Position numbers and translations under genes: made by a program. Under the pieces are notes generated by a model that worked only from the letters and a program-made list of their open reading frames with translations, searched no databases and was not told where the DNA came from. A stretch of DNA of 64,000 bases, taken from the NCBI GenBank assembly GCA_038890615.1, contig JAWAFI010000001.1:227836-291835 (forward strand), given 5' to 3'. Below, piece by piece: positions 55,222-64,000 of this stretch (the first letter of the stretch is position 1; every line of letters begins with the position of its first letter). This DNA is from Candidatus Anstonellales archaeon (lineage in GTDB: Archaea; Micrarchaeota; Micrarchaeia; Anstonellales; J096).

Positions 55222-55966
55222 CCCTTACTGCCCCCACCATTAGCTTGAGCATCTTCTCTGCATTGCCTTTCTCAAAGGCAGTGCCTACTTGTATTCCGCT
55301 TGCACCTGCGCTTATTATGCCCTTTGCTTGCTCAGGAGACCTTATGCCTCCTGCGACTATGTAGGGAATGTCTATAACTGAAGAAACTGCCTTTACCATT
55401 TCAACAGGCACGGGCTCAGGGGAAGCGCTTCCAGCATCAGTTATGAATATGCCGAAGCCGGAGTATTGCGCAGAAAGCCCATACATGGCAGCTATCTGGG
55501 GCTTGTTCCTTGGTATTGCCTGCGCTTGACCTATGTAGCCCACAGTGCCTCCTGGCTCAACAACCACATAGGCTGTTGGAATAGGCTCTATCCCAAGCTG
55601 CCTCACAACAGGGGCCCCTTGGAGCTGGGCCCTGCTTATCCAATAAGGGTTGATGGAGTTCAGCATTGACATAAAATAGACGGCATCAGCATACTTTGTC
55701 AGAGTGCCTATGTTGCCTGGGAACAATATAACAGGAAGGGAAACACTCTCTTTTACTGCCTTGGTTATTTCATCAAGCATAGTGCCCTGCACTCCAATGC
55801 TTCCGCCTATTAGAAGCGCATCAGCCCCTGCCTTCTCTGCTGTTCTTGCAGTGCTTATGAGGTGGGCTGAGCTTGGGTGGTCAAGAGGGTCAAGCACCAC
55901 AAAAAGCATCCCCTTGCCATTCTCTGCCATTTCCTCTATGTACTTAAGGACTTTGAGCTTCTTCAT
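55199..55966 (-). CDS. Geranylgeranylglyceryl phosphate synthase (PcrB family)
   Basis: LLIGGSIGV, ILFPGN, and GGIRSPEQAKGIISAGASGIQVGTA C-terminal phosphate-binding motifs. Confidence 0.85.
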   Translation of the reverse strand: MKKLKVLKYIEEMAENGKGMLFVVLDPLDHPSSAHLISTARTAEKAGADALLIGGSIGVQGTMLDEITKAVKESVSLPVILFPGNIGTLTKYADAVYFMSMLNSINPYWISRAQLQGAPVVRQLGIEPIPTAYVVVEPGGTVGYIGQAQAIPRNKPQIAAMYGLSAQYSGFGIFITDAGSASPEPVPVEMVKAVSSVIDIPYIVAGGIRSPEQAKGIISAGASGIQVGTAFEKGNAEKMLKLMVGAVRDGSRKRR

Positions 55967-56040
55967 GCCTCTATAATGTTAGGAGCATTTTAAACCCTTT
56001 ACCCCTTGGCTTTTTGCCTAAATTGGCGCCATGGTTTTGA

Positions 56041-58929
56041 TTATTTGGCTGGTTTTTTTGGCTTGTCTTTTTCTTCTGGCTTTTCAGTTTTCTTCTTTTC
56101 CTTTTCAAAGGTATCAGAAGCTTTTTCAGGAGGAACTGCAAATTCTCCTTCTTCTTCATAAGTGCCCTTGGAAAACCTCCCTCCTCCTGTATCCACCTTT
56201 ATCTTTATAATCCCTCTTAATCTTTTTGTCCCTCTGCCCTCTTCTGTAGGCAGTGTCGTTATGGCTTCATCCGCCATTCTTAAAATCCTCTCTGCTTTCT
56301 CAACTGCTTCCTTTATTATTTCAGGCCACTGGCTGCCTTTCTCTGGATTGTCAAGCTCTTTGCGCCAACTACTTATCACTTCCTTTGCCTTGTTGACTTC
56401 TTTTTCACTGAGCTGAGATGCCGTCTCTGCAAGCGTCTCTATTGCAAAAGCCCTAGTCATAGGCACGTATGGGGTATCCTTGTTCATTACCTCCCAGCCT
56501 ATGTCTACGATAGTATTGAAGGTATCTGGCATTGTTGAAGCAACGAACATTGCCATCCTCCTGCAATTAGGAGATGTATTGACTGAAGTAAAAAGGTTGA
56601 AAAGGTCTATTTTGAAAATTTCTAGATCTTCTTTTTCTTGCCCAATGAGGACTTTCTCAAGCCAAGCCATTTTCTTTGTGTTATTGTCAATGCCAAGCGT
56701 TTTGCCCTTAAGGCCGCTTGGAAGCTCAAAATCCATTATCTCTCTCAATTCTTTGATAAGCCTTTCCTTTTCTTCATTGTTCCCTCCTTGTTCTTTTATG
56801 GCTTCCCATCTCTTGTGGATAAGCAAAATCTTCTCTACTGCAATCTCGTTAATAAGTGAAGGGAATGAGCTCATAAAGTCGCTAGCCTTTTCCTTTACTT
56901 TTTCGCTGTAGTGCTTGTATCTTTCCCCGTAAGCATTAGGTAATATTGCATTTTCCAGCTTCAAGTATAGGATAGGCAGGCCTAGCCAATTTCCGTCCTT
57001 CCTAAGCAGCCTTATGTAGTTGTCTATTGCCTTTGAAAGAGAAGCAACGCAATAGTCCTTTATTGCAATAATATCATTTTCGCTAAGCTCTTTGGCAGAT
57101 GATTTTATGTCAGCTTTTAGCTCATCAATAAGCCTAGCATAAAACCCCCCTTTTGCGTAGAGGTCAATTGAAAAGAACTTGGCTTCCTTAAGCAGATCTA
57201 CTTTGCCTTCTGCTGCTTTCAGTATCTTGCTAGCAACAACCATTATCCTTTCTTCTATGCTTTGGCCCTCTGTAGCTGGGAGAATTTCAATTGCCTGAGC
57301 CAAAAAATAAACCCAGTTCTTGAATGTTTCTTTGATTATTCCCTTGCTTTCAGGCGTTATGCCAAGATCAAGCCAAGAGCTTAAATCAACAAGCTTCTCC
57401 TCAATGTTTTTTGAATCATCATCATTGAGCCTTCTTATTGCCACGGTGGTTGCATATGCCCTCATGTCCAACGGCTTGGATGAATCAACAGCATACTTTA
57501 ATGCTTCCTGCAATCCCATATTCATTAACGAAAGCTTTTTTTCTACTTTATTTATCTCATTCCTGCAAACCTCAACAGAATCCATATATTGCTGCGAATA
57601 TCTTGAGGAAGTCTCCAAGTACTTTGTTGCATCAACCGCTTTAGAAAAAAGATCCTGCGCTGTCTTTCCTGAGCTTGAAAACATAGGTATGACCTTCACA
57701 AACTTCTCAAATAAGTCAATAACAATTGATTCCTTGAGCTTTTGGTAAGAATCTCCTGCCTTCACTCCTTTTGACATTATGCTGAACATTTCCCTAAGCG
57801 CCTCTTCTCTCTTCTTTTTGTCTGAGTGGCTTGATGCTGCTTCGTACAGGATTTTGTTTGCCTCCTTGCCAAACTTATCCTTGAGGTTATCTGGAATCTC
57901 TTTTGCTATGGACCACAAGTACAGCGACTTGAAATCCTTTGAGCGGCTCAGCGTTTCAATCAGCTCTTCAATCAAAAGCCTTCTCTTTTCCCTTGCAACA
58001 TCCTTTATCTTTTTGATTGTGTCTACCATCTCTCTATGGACACTAGCATCAAAGTCGTAGGTAGGCTCAGAAAGCATGTCAGTGAGCGCAGCGATGCTCT
58101 GCCTTAGGTAATCGTTGTTGCCTAAGTTCAATGAGCTGAGCCCCATTGAGAAGTATATATCTGCTGCCCTATTTGCTGCCTTCACCCTAGGCTTAAATGG
58201 GAGGTCTTCCCTCCTTGCTATTGCCTCAAGCTCTGAAGCCAGGACGATTACTTCTGGGGAATGTGGGGATACATCAAAAGAAAGGGATGAGTATTCCAAG
58301 GATTTTATCTCTATTGCTGTGTTGACTGCATCTTCCAGCTTGGAATCAGCATAATCGCTTACTTTCCTGAACACCTCTTCGTTGTAATAGGTAGCGAGTT
58401 CTTCTGCAAGCTTCTTAGGGTATCTCTTAACGCTTTCAAAATCCCCCTGCTTCACCATCATGTCAATCCTCTGCATGGACAGCTCTGTTATGAAAGAGAA
58501 TGCCATCTCCTTGAGCTTCTTGTCCTTGCTCTTCTTTGCAAGCTCAAGCAAGGATAGTATTGATGTTATCTCCCCTTTTTCAGCCAGGGTGTTGAAGTAG
58601 TTGGTGTATGTCTCCTTTGTCCTTTCCTTTATTCTGTTCATGTCGTAGCCGCTGCTATTTATTATTTGGTCTTCAAGCAATGCCTTTAGACCTTCTGGAG
58701 AGCCTGCTCTTGCACAAAGGTCTGCTGCTTCATCTATTGCCTTTTCAAAAAGCGCTTCAAGCTCTTTCTCCAGCCCTATTGCATGGGGGCTCTTGAGGAG
58801 TATGTATATCCCAATGTAGTTACCTGATTTTGCCTCTGCCTCAGCTTCCTCAATTATTTTGCTAGTGGCGTCCATAATATTATGGCATTGCTGTTTTTTT
58901 AAAAGCTTTGCGAGCAAGGCAAAAAGCAA
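56041..58929 (-). CDS. Very large (about 945-962 aa) alpha-helical hypothetical protein with a Lys/Glu-rich C-terminal tail
   Basis: Continuous ORF with strong periodicity. The probable start is at 58875 (MDATSKII). The tail is ...KEKKKTEKPEEKDKPKKPAK. Confidence 0.35.
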   Translation of the reverse strand: MLFALLAKLLKKQQCHNIMDATSKIIEEAEAEAKSGNYIGIYILLKSPHAIGLEKELEALFEKAIDEAADLCARAGSPEGLKALLEDQIINSSGYDMNRIKERTKETYTNYFNTLAEKGEITSILSLLELAKKSKDKKLKEMAFSFITELSMQRIDMMVKQGDFESVKRYPKKLAEELATYYNEEVFRKVSDYADSKLEDAVNTAIEIKSLEYSSLSFDVSPHSPEVIVLASELEAIARREDLPFKPRVKAANRAADIYFSMGLSSLNLGNNDYLRQSIAALTDMLSEPTYDFDASVHREMVDTIKKIKDVAREKRRLLIEELIETLSRSKDFKSLYLWSIAKEIPDNLKDKFGKEANKILYEAASSHSDKKKREEALREMFSIMSKGVKAGDSYQKLKESIVIDLFEKFVKVIPMFSSSGKTAQDLFSKAVDATKYLETSSRYSQQYMDSVEVCRNEINKVEKKLSLMNMGLQEALKYAVDSSKPLDMRAYATTVAIRRLNDDDSKNIEEKLVDLSSWLDLGITPESKGIIKETFKNWVYFLAQAIEILPATEGQSIEERIMVVASKILKAAEGKVDLLKEAKFFSIDLYAKGGFYARLIDELKADIKSSAKELSENDIIAIKDYCVASLSKAIDNYIRLLRKDGNWLGLPILYLKLENAILPNAYGERYKHYSEKVKEKASDFMSSFPSLINEIAVEKILLIHKRWEAIKEQGGNNEEKERLIKELREIMDFELPSGLKGKTLGIDNNTKKMAWLEKVLIGQEKEDLEIFKIDLFNLFTSVNTSPNCRRMAMFVASTMPDTFNTIVDIGWEVMNKDTPYVPMTRAFAIETLAETASQLSEKEVNKAKEVISSWRKELDNPEKGSQWPEIIKEAVEKAERILRMADEAITTLPTEEGRGTKRLRGIIKIKVDTGGGRFSKGTYEEEGEFAVPPEKASDTFEKEKKKTEKPEEKDKPKKPAK

Positions 58930-58961
58930 AGTGTTTTAAAAAGGAAAAATGATAATTATGC

Positions 58962-59420
58962 ATGAGAAAGAACAAGACGCCTGATATTTTCATGCCTAAG
59001 AATAAGAAAGTCAAGAATGAGGTGCTTGAAGAAGATATTTATGAATGGAGGCTTAGCGTAAAGGAGCTGTCCGGGCCTCTCAAGAATTTTTTTAGCAAAG
59101 GGAGAATGGACCTAGATCTTCTTGTATCTTGCTTAAAGAATACAGACATGGCAATAAGGGTTGATGCCCTGTGGCTAACTAAGAGGCTTATTGATAAGAA
59201 AAAGATAGAGGACCCTCTTCAATTTGCCAAAATGCTCAGAGACATGGAAGTGCCAAAAAACTGCCTAGAGCCTTTTCAGGCAGCGCTGTACATATACGGG
59301 AAGGTAGGGGGGAAAGAACACCTAAAGATCATAGAAGAGGCCCTTCAACACAAGAATTATTTCATAAGAATGGAAGCAAAGAGGGCCATAAGCATGATGA
59401 AAAGGAGGAAGATCATCTAA
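58962..59420 (+). CDS. Small HEAT-like repeat protein
   Basis: 152 aa, helical repeats. Confidence 0.3.
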   Translation: MRKNKTPDIFMPKNKKVKNEVLEEDIYEWRLSVKELSGPLKNFFSKGRMDLDLLVSCLKNTDMAIRVDALWLTKRLIDKKKIEDPLQFAKMLRDMEVPKNCLEPFQAALYIYGKVGGKEHLKIIEEALQHKNYFIRMEAKRAISMMKRRKII

Positions 59421-60297
59421 GGGCTTTATAAGCAGAAACCATCTCCTCTATCCCTTTTTCTATAGGAGTCTCAGAAAAGCCAAGCTCCTTCTTTGCCTTC
59501 TCGCAGTTGAACAGCCTGTGCTTTGCTAGTATGTTTATGTGCTCAGTGGTTATTGCTGGCTTCTGAAAAAACAGCATCTCCCTTAGCTTTGTGCCAAAAA
59601 ATGCAACAGCATAAGGGACTCGCTTTGTTATTTTTGGCACCCTTAAAAGCTCTGCTGCTGTGTCAATAATTTCCTGCTGGCTTGCACCTCTCCCTGCCAC
59701 AACGAAAAGCCCTTTTTTAATGAGCGCAGCACTGAAAGCTTTAGCAGCATCCTTTACATGTGTGAAAGGTATGTTGTTCTTTCCATCGCCTATTATGGCA
59801 AATTCCCCTTTCTCTATCATCCTGAGCACCCTGAAATAGTCTTGGAACTGCGGGCCATAGAGCGGGCCTATCCTAAGTACTGCATAACTCTTCCTTGCCA
59901 TAATTACTCTCTCTGCCTCTGCCTTTGACTTTGCATAGGGGGTATCAGGCCTTATGGGGGTTAGCTCATCTGCTCCACTGGGCACATCCTTTCCATACAC
60001 TGAGATGGAGCTTGCCAAGACGAAGTGTGCATCTTCTGGAAGCGCTTGGCAAAGGGTTTTTGTGAGCTCGGCGTTGGTTTTCCAAAGCTCAGCTGAATCA
60101 AGGAAATTGGTTGAGCCAGCTATATGCACAAGCGCATCTGCGCCCTCAAGGATTCTTGAAAGCCCTTTAAGGGAGAAATCAGAAACTACCTCATTCTTGA
60201 GCCCTTTTGGGGCTCTCACGAGCGGGATTGCGTTCTTCAGCAATGGAAGGACTGATGAGCCAAGCCTGCCTGAGGCGCCTGTTATAAAAACAGCCAT
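59413..60297 (-). CDS. NAD-dependent epimerase/dehydratase family protein (SDR Rossmann fold)
   Basis: MAVFITGASGRLGSSVL...ASSISVYG. The ORF-track N-terminal extension of 103 aa is rejected; the ATG at 60297 is preferred. Confidence 0.7.
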   Translation of the reverse strand: MAVFITGASGRLGSSVLPLLKNAIPLVRAPKGLKNEVVSDFSLKGLSRILEGADALVHIAGSTNFLDSAELWKTNAELTKTLCQALPEDAHFVLASSISVYGKDVPSGADELTPIRPDTPYAKSKAEAERVIMARKSYAVLRIGPLYGPQFQDYFRVLRMIEKGEFAIIGDGKNNIPFTHVKDAAKAFSAALIKKGLFVVAGRGASQQEIIDTAAELLRVPKITKRVPYAVAFFGTKLREMLFFQKPAITTEHINILAKHRLFNCEKAKKELGFSETPIEKGIEEMVSAYKALR

Positions 60298-60339
60298 AGA
60301 AATAGTTGGGCAGGGGATTAAAAAGCTTGGCTGGGATAA

Positions 60340-60762
60340 GTGCGCATGGCAAAGAAAGAGCAAGAATTCCCAGAGCCAACAGCAGGGGCTCTCATATTCA
60401 ACAAGGATGGCAAGATTTTCCTGATGCGCTCGCACAAGTGGAGGGGCAAATGGGTTATGCCAGGAGGGCATATTGAGCTTGGCGAAACTATTGAGCAAGC
60501 ACTTAGGAGGGAGGTCTTTGAGGAAACAGGCCTTAAGGTTTATGGGATAAGGTTCCTTGGCATACAGGAGTTCATATTTGACAAGGCCTTCTGGAAAAAA
60601 AGGCACTTCATATTCTTTGATTTTGCGTGCAAAACAAGGGGCTCAAAAGTGAAGCTCAATGATGAGGGGAGCGAATACGGCTGGTTCACCCCAAAGGAAG
60701 CCTTTAAGATGGAAACAGAGCCATACACTAAAAGAGCAATAAGGATGTGCCTCAAGAGTTAG
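60340..60762 (+). CDS. Nudix hydrolase
   Basis: Nudix box GGHIELGETIEQALRREVFEETGL. Confidence 0.85.
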   Translation: MRMAKKEQEFPEPTAGALIFNKDGKIFLMRSHKWRGKWVMPGGHIELGETIEQALRREVFEETGLKVYGIRFLGIQEFIFDKAFWKKRHFIFFDFACKTRGSKVKLNDEGSEYGWFTPKEAFKMETEPYTKRAIRMCLKS

Positions 60763-62029
60763 ATTGCTGCTCTTTGCCTTTCGTGCCCTGTTTTTCTGGC
60801 TCTTGCCTTGCCCCTTTTGCAGCAAAAGGCACAAGGAAAGTGGAAGCAACTATGCTCATGACTATTATGTAAAGGGATATTTCAGGGAAAGAAGCCACCT
60901 CAGAAGCTATGCTTGTTAGGTGGTCTGTTCCTCCCTGAGGAATGGCCTGCCCTATCTTCATCATTGGGTAGGTGGCTAAAACAGCTGTTGCAAGCCCCCT
61001 TGGCCCTATTGCTGTTATTATGCTTTTATAATCTGCAAGCTGGGAGCCCATTGTTGAAACAAGCGCTGAGGCATACCTTATGATGAGAAGGAGCGCCACA
61101 AGCCCGATTGAGAGGTAAAACTCGAATGAAAGGCTCACTGAAACTATTGCCCCTAAGAAGACGAAGAAGAAAGTTCTTACAAGGAATGAAACCTCTGACT
61201 GGAACTCTGTAAATGTAAACCTATTGCCGCTGTTTTCTATCCTGAATGCCCTCCTTATCAGCTGCTCATTCCCGAAAACAAGCCCGAAGGCAAGCACAGA
61301 GATTGCGCCACTGCCTGAAAGGAACTCTACAAAAGTATAGAGCAGAAGCACAAGGGCAAATGTTATCATGTAGTTGTAGCCCTTTTCTATGTGGTCAAGC
61401 AAGATAAAAGAGAGGATCCCTATTATAAGCCCAAGGAATATGCCTATTGAGAACTTGCTGGCAACTCCCTGCAATATTGACTGCACATCTATGCTGCCTG
61501 AGATCAGCGCCTGTGTAAGCACTATCACTATGATTATTGAGAAAACATCTGTTATTGAGGACTCAAGCGTAAGGAACTGGGAAACCTCTGAAGGCACTTT
61601 GAGCCCCCTGAGCATTGATATTGTCACTGTAGCCCCTGTGCCCCCTATTATTGCCCCGAGTATGCCTCCTGCTATAAGGCTTATGCCAAGCAAGTAGTTT
61701 AGCAGCACGGCGCAGGAAATGATTGAGAGCGCCATTATTATTGTTGACATAAGCAAGACCCTTCCGCTCTTGAACATTACCAAGTCTAAGTCAAGCGAAA
61801 GCCCGCCGTCAAAAAGCAGTATCACAAGTGCAAGGATTGAAAAAAATTCCTGCATGCCTATAATGGAGGATGGCTCAACATAGCCAGCTGCCTTAAGGCC
61901 ATAGCCCACAAGAAGCAAGAGGAGTATGCTCGGTATGCTGAACCTCTTTGCAATGAGCTCGCCCAAGTAGCCAATGAAAACTATGCCACCAAGCATGAGA
62001 AAAAGCATGTCAACAGAAAGGGCCACCAT
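60752..62029 (-). CDS. Cation:proton antiporter (CPA/NhaP-type)
   Basis: About 12 TM helices and an N-terminal pattern typical of Na+/H+ exchangers. Confidence 0.65.
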   Translation of the reverse strand: MVALSVDMLFLMLGGIVFIGYLGELIAKRFSIPSILLLLLVGYGLKAAGYVEPSSIIGMQEFFSILALVILLFDGGLSLDLDLVMFKSGRVLLMSTIIMALSIISCAVLLNYLLGISLIAGGILGAIIGGTGATVTISMLRGLKVPSEVSQFLTLESSITDVFSIIIVIVLTQALISGSIDVQSILQGVASKFSIGIFLGLIIGILSFILLDHIEKGYNYMITFALVLLLYTFVEFLSGSGAISVLAFGLVFGNEQLIRRAFRIENSGNRFTFTEFQSEVSFLVRTFFFVFLGAIVSVSLSFEFYLSIGLVALLLIIRYASALVSTMGSQLADYKSIITAIGPRGLATAVLATYPMMKIGQAIPQGGTDHLTSIASEVASFPEISLYIIVMSIVASTFLVPFAAKGARQEPEKQGTKGKEQQSNS

Positions 62030-62130
62030 GGCTATGGATGGAAAGGTGGTATATTAAATCTTTTGGCTTGAAACCAAAGAGGCATAACCTTTTAATGAAA
62101 TCAAGCGATATTTAGCATGGGTAGATATGG

Positions 62131-62667
62131 ATGCCTGGCATGACCCCCACAAAAAGATTCCCTTTTGAGGGAATCCATGACAGCATGCTCCATCAGAGGT
62201 GGATAAAGAGGAAGGGTGGCAGGCTCTCAGAAAATCCCAAGAAAGCTTTTAAGGGAATGGGCAAGCAAGAAAGAGTTTCATTGCTTAAGGAGATGTGGCA
62301 GGAGGCAAACATCGCTTTGGGAAAGGAGGAAATGGAGATTGTGTTTGAGGGGCTGATGGACAAAGACCAGGAAGTTAACAAAGCAGCATGGAGAGTGCTG
62401 GAGAGGATGAGGGGGATGTGCCCTGCAAAGGGCGATGAAGCAGTTGCACTCGCAAGGGAATGGGCAAGCAACAAAGAAGCATGGAGAAACGCACTGATTA
62501 GGAAAGGGGTCATGCTCATTTTGGGGGAATGCGGCAAGGAAAAGGACTGCAATATCATATGGGCTGGGCTTAAGGACAGCGACCTTGAGGTCTATAGCGA
62601 AGCGATGGCTGCATTCAACAGGCTTTCAGAAAGGGGTTATGACCTATATAGGTTCAGAATCGCCTAA
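62131..62667 (+). CDS. HEAT-like repeat protein
   Basis: 178 aa, helical repeats. Confidence 0.3.
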   Translation: MPGMTPTKRFPFEGIHDSMLHQRWIKRKGGRLSENPKKAFKGMGKQERVSLLKEMWQEANIALGKEEMEIVFEGLMDKDQEVNKAAWRVLERMRGMCPAKGDEAVALAREWASNKEAWRNALIRKGVMLILGECGKEKDCNIIWAGLKDSDLEVYSEAMAAFNRLSERGYDLYRFRIA

Positions 62668-62734
62668 GCTAAGGGGATAATGAAGCTAGGGAAGTTATCT
62701 AATGGATGCTTTTGGCTTTTTGCTTGAAAAAAGA

Positions 62735-64000
62735 CTATTCTATGCCGATAATTTTTTCCACAAGGGCAGCATAGGCAGGCCTTGAAACAAGGTAGCCCAT
62801 GAGGGAGCCGAGTATCGTTGATATTGCAAACCCTATTACCTCCACCATTCCTGAGAAAAGCAAAGGCACCATAACGAGCACTGCGACAACTGTGTTCATT
62901 GTGATTATCTCAAAAGCCCTAGAAAGCGACTCTTTTGCAGATGAGCCCTTCCTTAGAAGCTCGTCTGTTATTAGTATCTGCGCATCCACCCCTACTCCTA
63001 TTGCAGCAATGATGCCTGCCATTCCTGCCAAGTCAATGGTAAATGAGCCAAGTGTTGCAAGGAGTATGATCAGCTCCGAGATGCTTACGATCACAGCAGG
63101 GAAAATGAGCTTTATCTTCCTGTAGCGCACTGCAATTACCACTGACACGAAAAGGAGCGCCCCAACAATTCCTATCAAGCTTATCTCAAGGAAGGATTGC
63201 CCCAATGAAGGAGGTATTGAAATCAAGCTCCCTACTGAAATCCTGACAGGAAGAGAGCCGCCTTTCAGTATTGATTCTACAAAGCGCGCCTCTGCATCTG
63301 CCTCTACGAAGCTAAGCGCGCCTGCGCTGTCCCTTGCCTGGCCTCCTATCTGGTAGGAATATGAAGGCAGCCCTTCAGTGACCCCAGGAGACAAGACCGG
63401 GGCAGAAAGAAGGCCTGCTGCCTCCCATTTTGACACCCTTATCTCTCCTGTGGTTGGGTTTCTGAAAAGCTCTGGTAGCATGCTTTCTACTCTCTTTACT
63501 TTATACCCCTTTGCCTCAAGCGCTGCAGCAATTGAAGCGTCTGAAGCTACTGCTGTCCTGTTCTGGTATTCTGGCGCTGGCACCTCTGCGCTGCTTGAAA
63601 CATAGAGTATGCCGCTGCTGTCTCCCTCCAGAGCTATTGCCTTCCTGAGTGCTGACATCACCTCTGATTCCTTGAACTCTATTGAAAGGTTTGCCATGTC
63701 CTGCTTGGTGATTATGTAGGTTGCATTTTCCTCCCTGTCTATGAACATGTAAAGCGGATAATCTGCCTTTCCTTTTGCCACCTCTGCGAAATGCTCAGCG
63801 CCTTCTTTTGTCACAGAGAAATATACCGCCCAATTTTGCCCTCCAGGTAGGTTTCCGACATACCTTGAGATTGTGCCTGGCAGTATCTCCCTTCCGCTTA
63901 TTGCCACCCTTCCATCAACAATGCCTGTGAAAACACCCTGTTTTGATATTGAGTTAAGTATAGCAGTAGTCCTCTCATCGTTTGTGCCTGGTATCTCAAC
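62735..64000 (-). CDS. secD: Protein-export membrane protein SecD (partial; N-terminus beyond the window end)
   Basis: C-terminal SecD/F TM domain (…IGVGVDAQILITDELL…). My own translation shows the frame stays open past 63907 to the window end (…NDERTTAILNSISKQGVFTGIVDGRVAISG…). Confidence 0.65.
   Translation of the reverse strand, partial: VEIPGTNDERTTAILNSISKQGVFTGIVDGRVAISGREILPGTISRYVGNLPGGQNWAVYFSVTKEGAEHFAEVAKGKADYPLYMFIDREENATYIITKQDMANLSIEFKESEVMSALRKAIALEGDSSGILYVSSSAEVPAPEYQNRTAVASDASIAAALEAKGYKVKRVESMLPELFRNPTTGEIRVSKWEAAGLLSAPVLSPGVTEGLPSYSYQIGGQARDSAGALSFVEADAEARFVESILKGGSLPVRISVGSLISIPPSLGQSFLEISLIGIVGALLFVSVVIAVRYRKIKLIFPAVIVSISELIILLATLGSFTIDLAGMAGIIAAIGVGVDAQILITDELLRKGSSAKESLSRAFEIITMNTVVAVLVMVPLLFSGMVEVIGFAISTILGSLMGYLVSRPAYAALVEKIIGIE

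Noticed and set aside
59413-60606. Long N-terminal extension of the SDR epimerase ORF (MPFFPEGLV… before MAVFITGASG)
   Set aside because: The Rossmann GxxGxxG motif normally sits within about 10 aa of the start. The 103-aa extension has no homology and overlaps the Nudix gene promoter region.

Overview
This 64 kb window looks like an archaeal chromosome segment. Markers are PolD DP1/DP2, TBP, aIF2-alpha, r-proteins L21e/L44e/S27e, Nop10, RpoF, archaeal-type SAM synthetase, GGGP synthase and tRNA-splicing endonuclease. GC is about 48%, proteins are Lys/Glu-rich, and genes are densely packed with many ATGA start/stop overlaps, which fits a small-genome (possibly DPANN-like) archaeon. The most striking feature is a five-gene minus-strand operon at the left edge (1..3939). 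It encodes a VirB4/TrbE-type ATPase (DEAW Walker B, SQ motif), a VirB6/CedA-like polytopic membrane protein, an 85-aa two-TM VirB2/CedA1-like protein, a membrane-anchored protein and a coiled-coil protein, i.e. a Ced/Ted- or conjugation-like DNA-transfer module. A Cys-rich secreted protein with a duplicated domain is encoded divergently next to it. Further finds are two tRNA-Val genes (CAC, GAC), each abutting AT-rich accessory DNA, and a stand-alone 5S rRNA. Two textbook C/D-box sRNAs sit at 9757..9807 and 36966..37025, and an unlisted Nop10 gene overlaps the aIF2-alpha stop. I also see an AT-rich islet with a minimal ligase-like KxDG nucleotidyltransferase divergently paired with a PIN nuclease, a tandem-duplicated ThyX with complementary degenerate motifs, and an archaeal type IV pilin cluster with no assembly ATPase. 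There is a gene split by an in-frame TAG and an MscL fused to a zinc ribbon. I found no CRISPR array.
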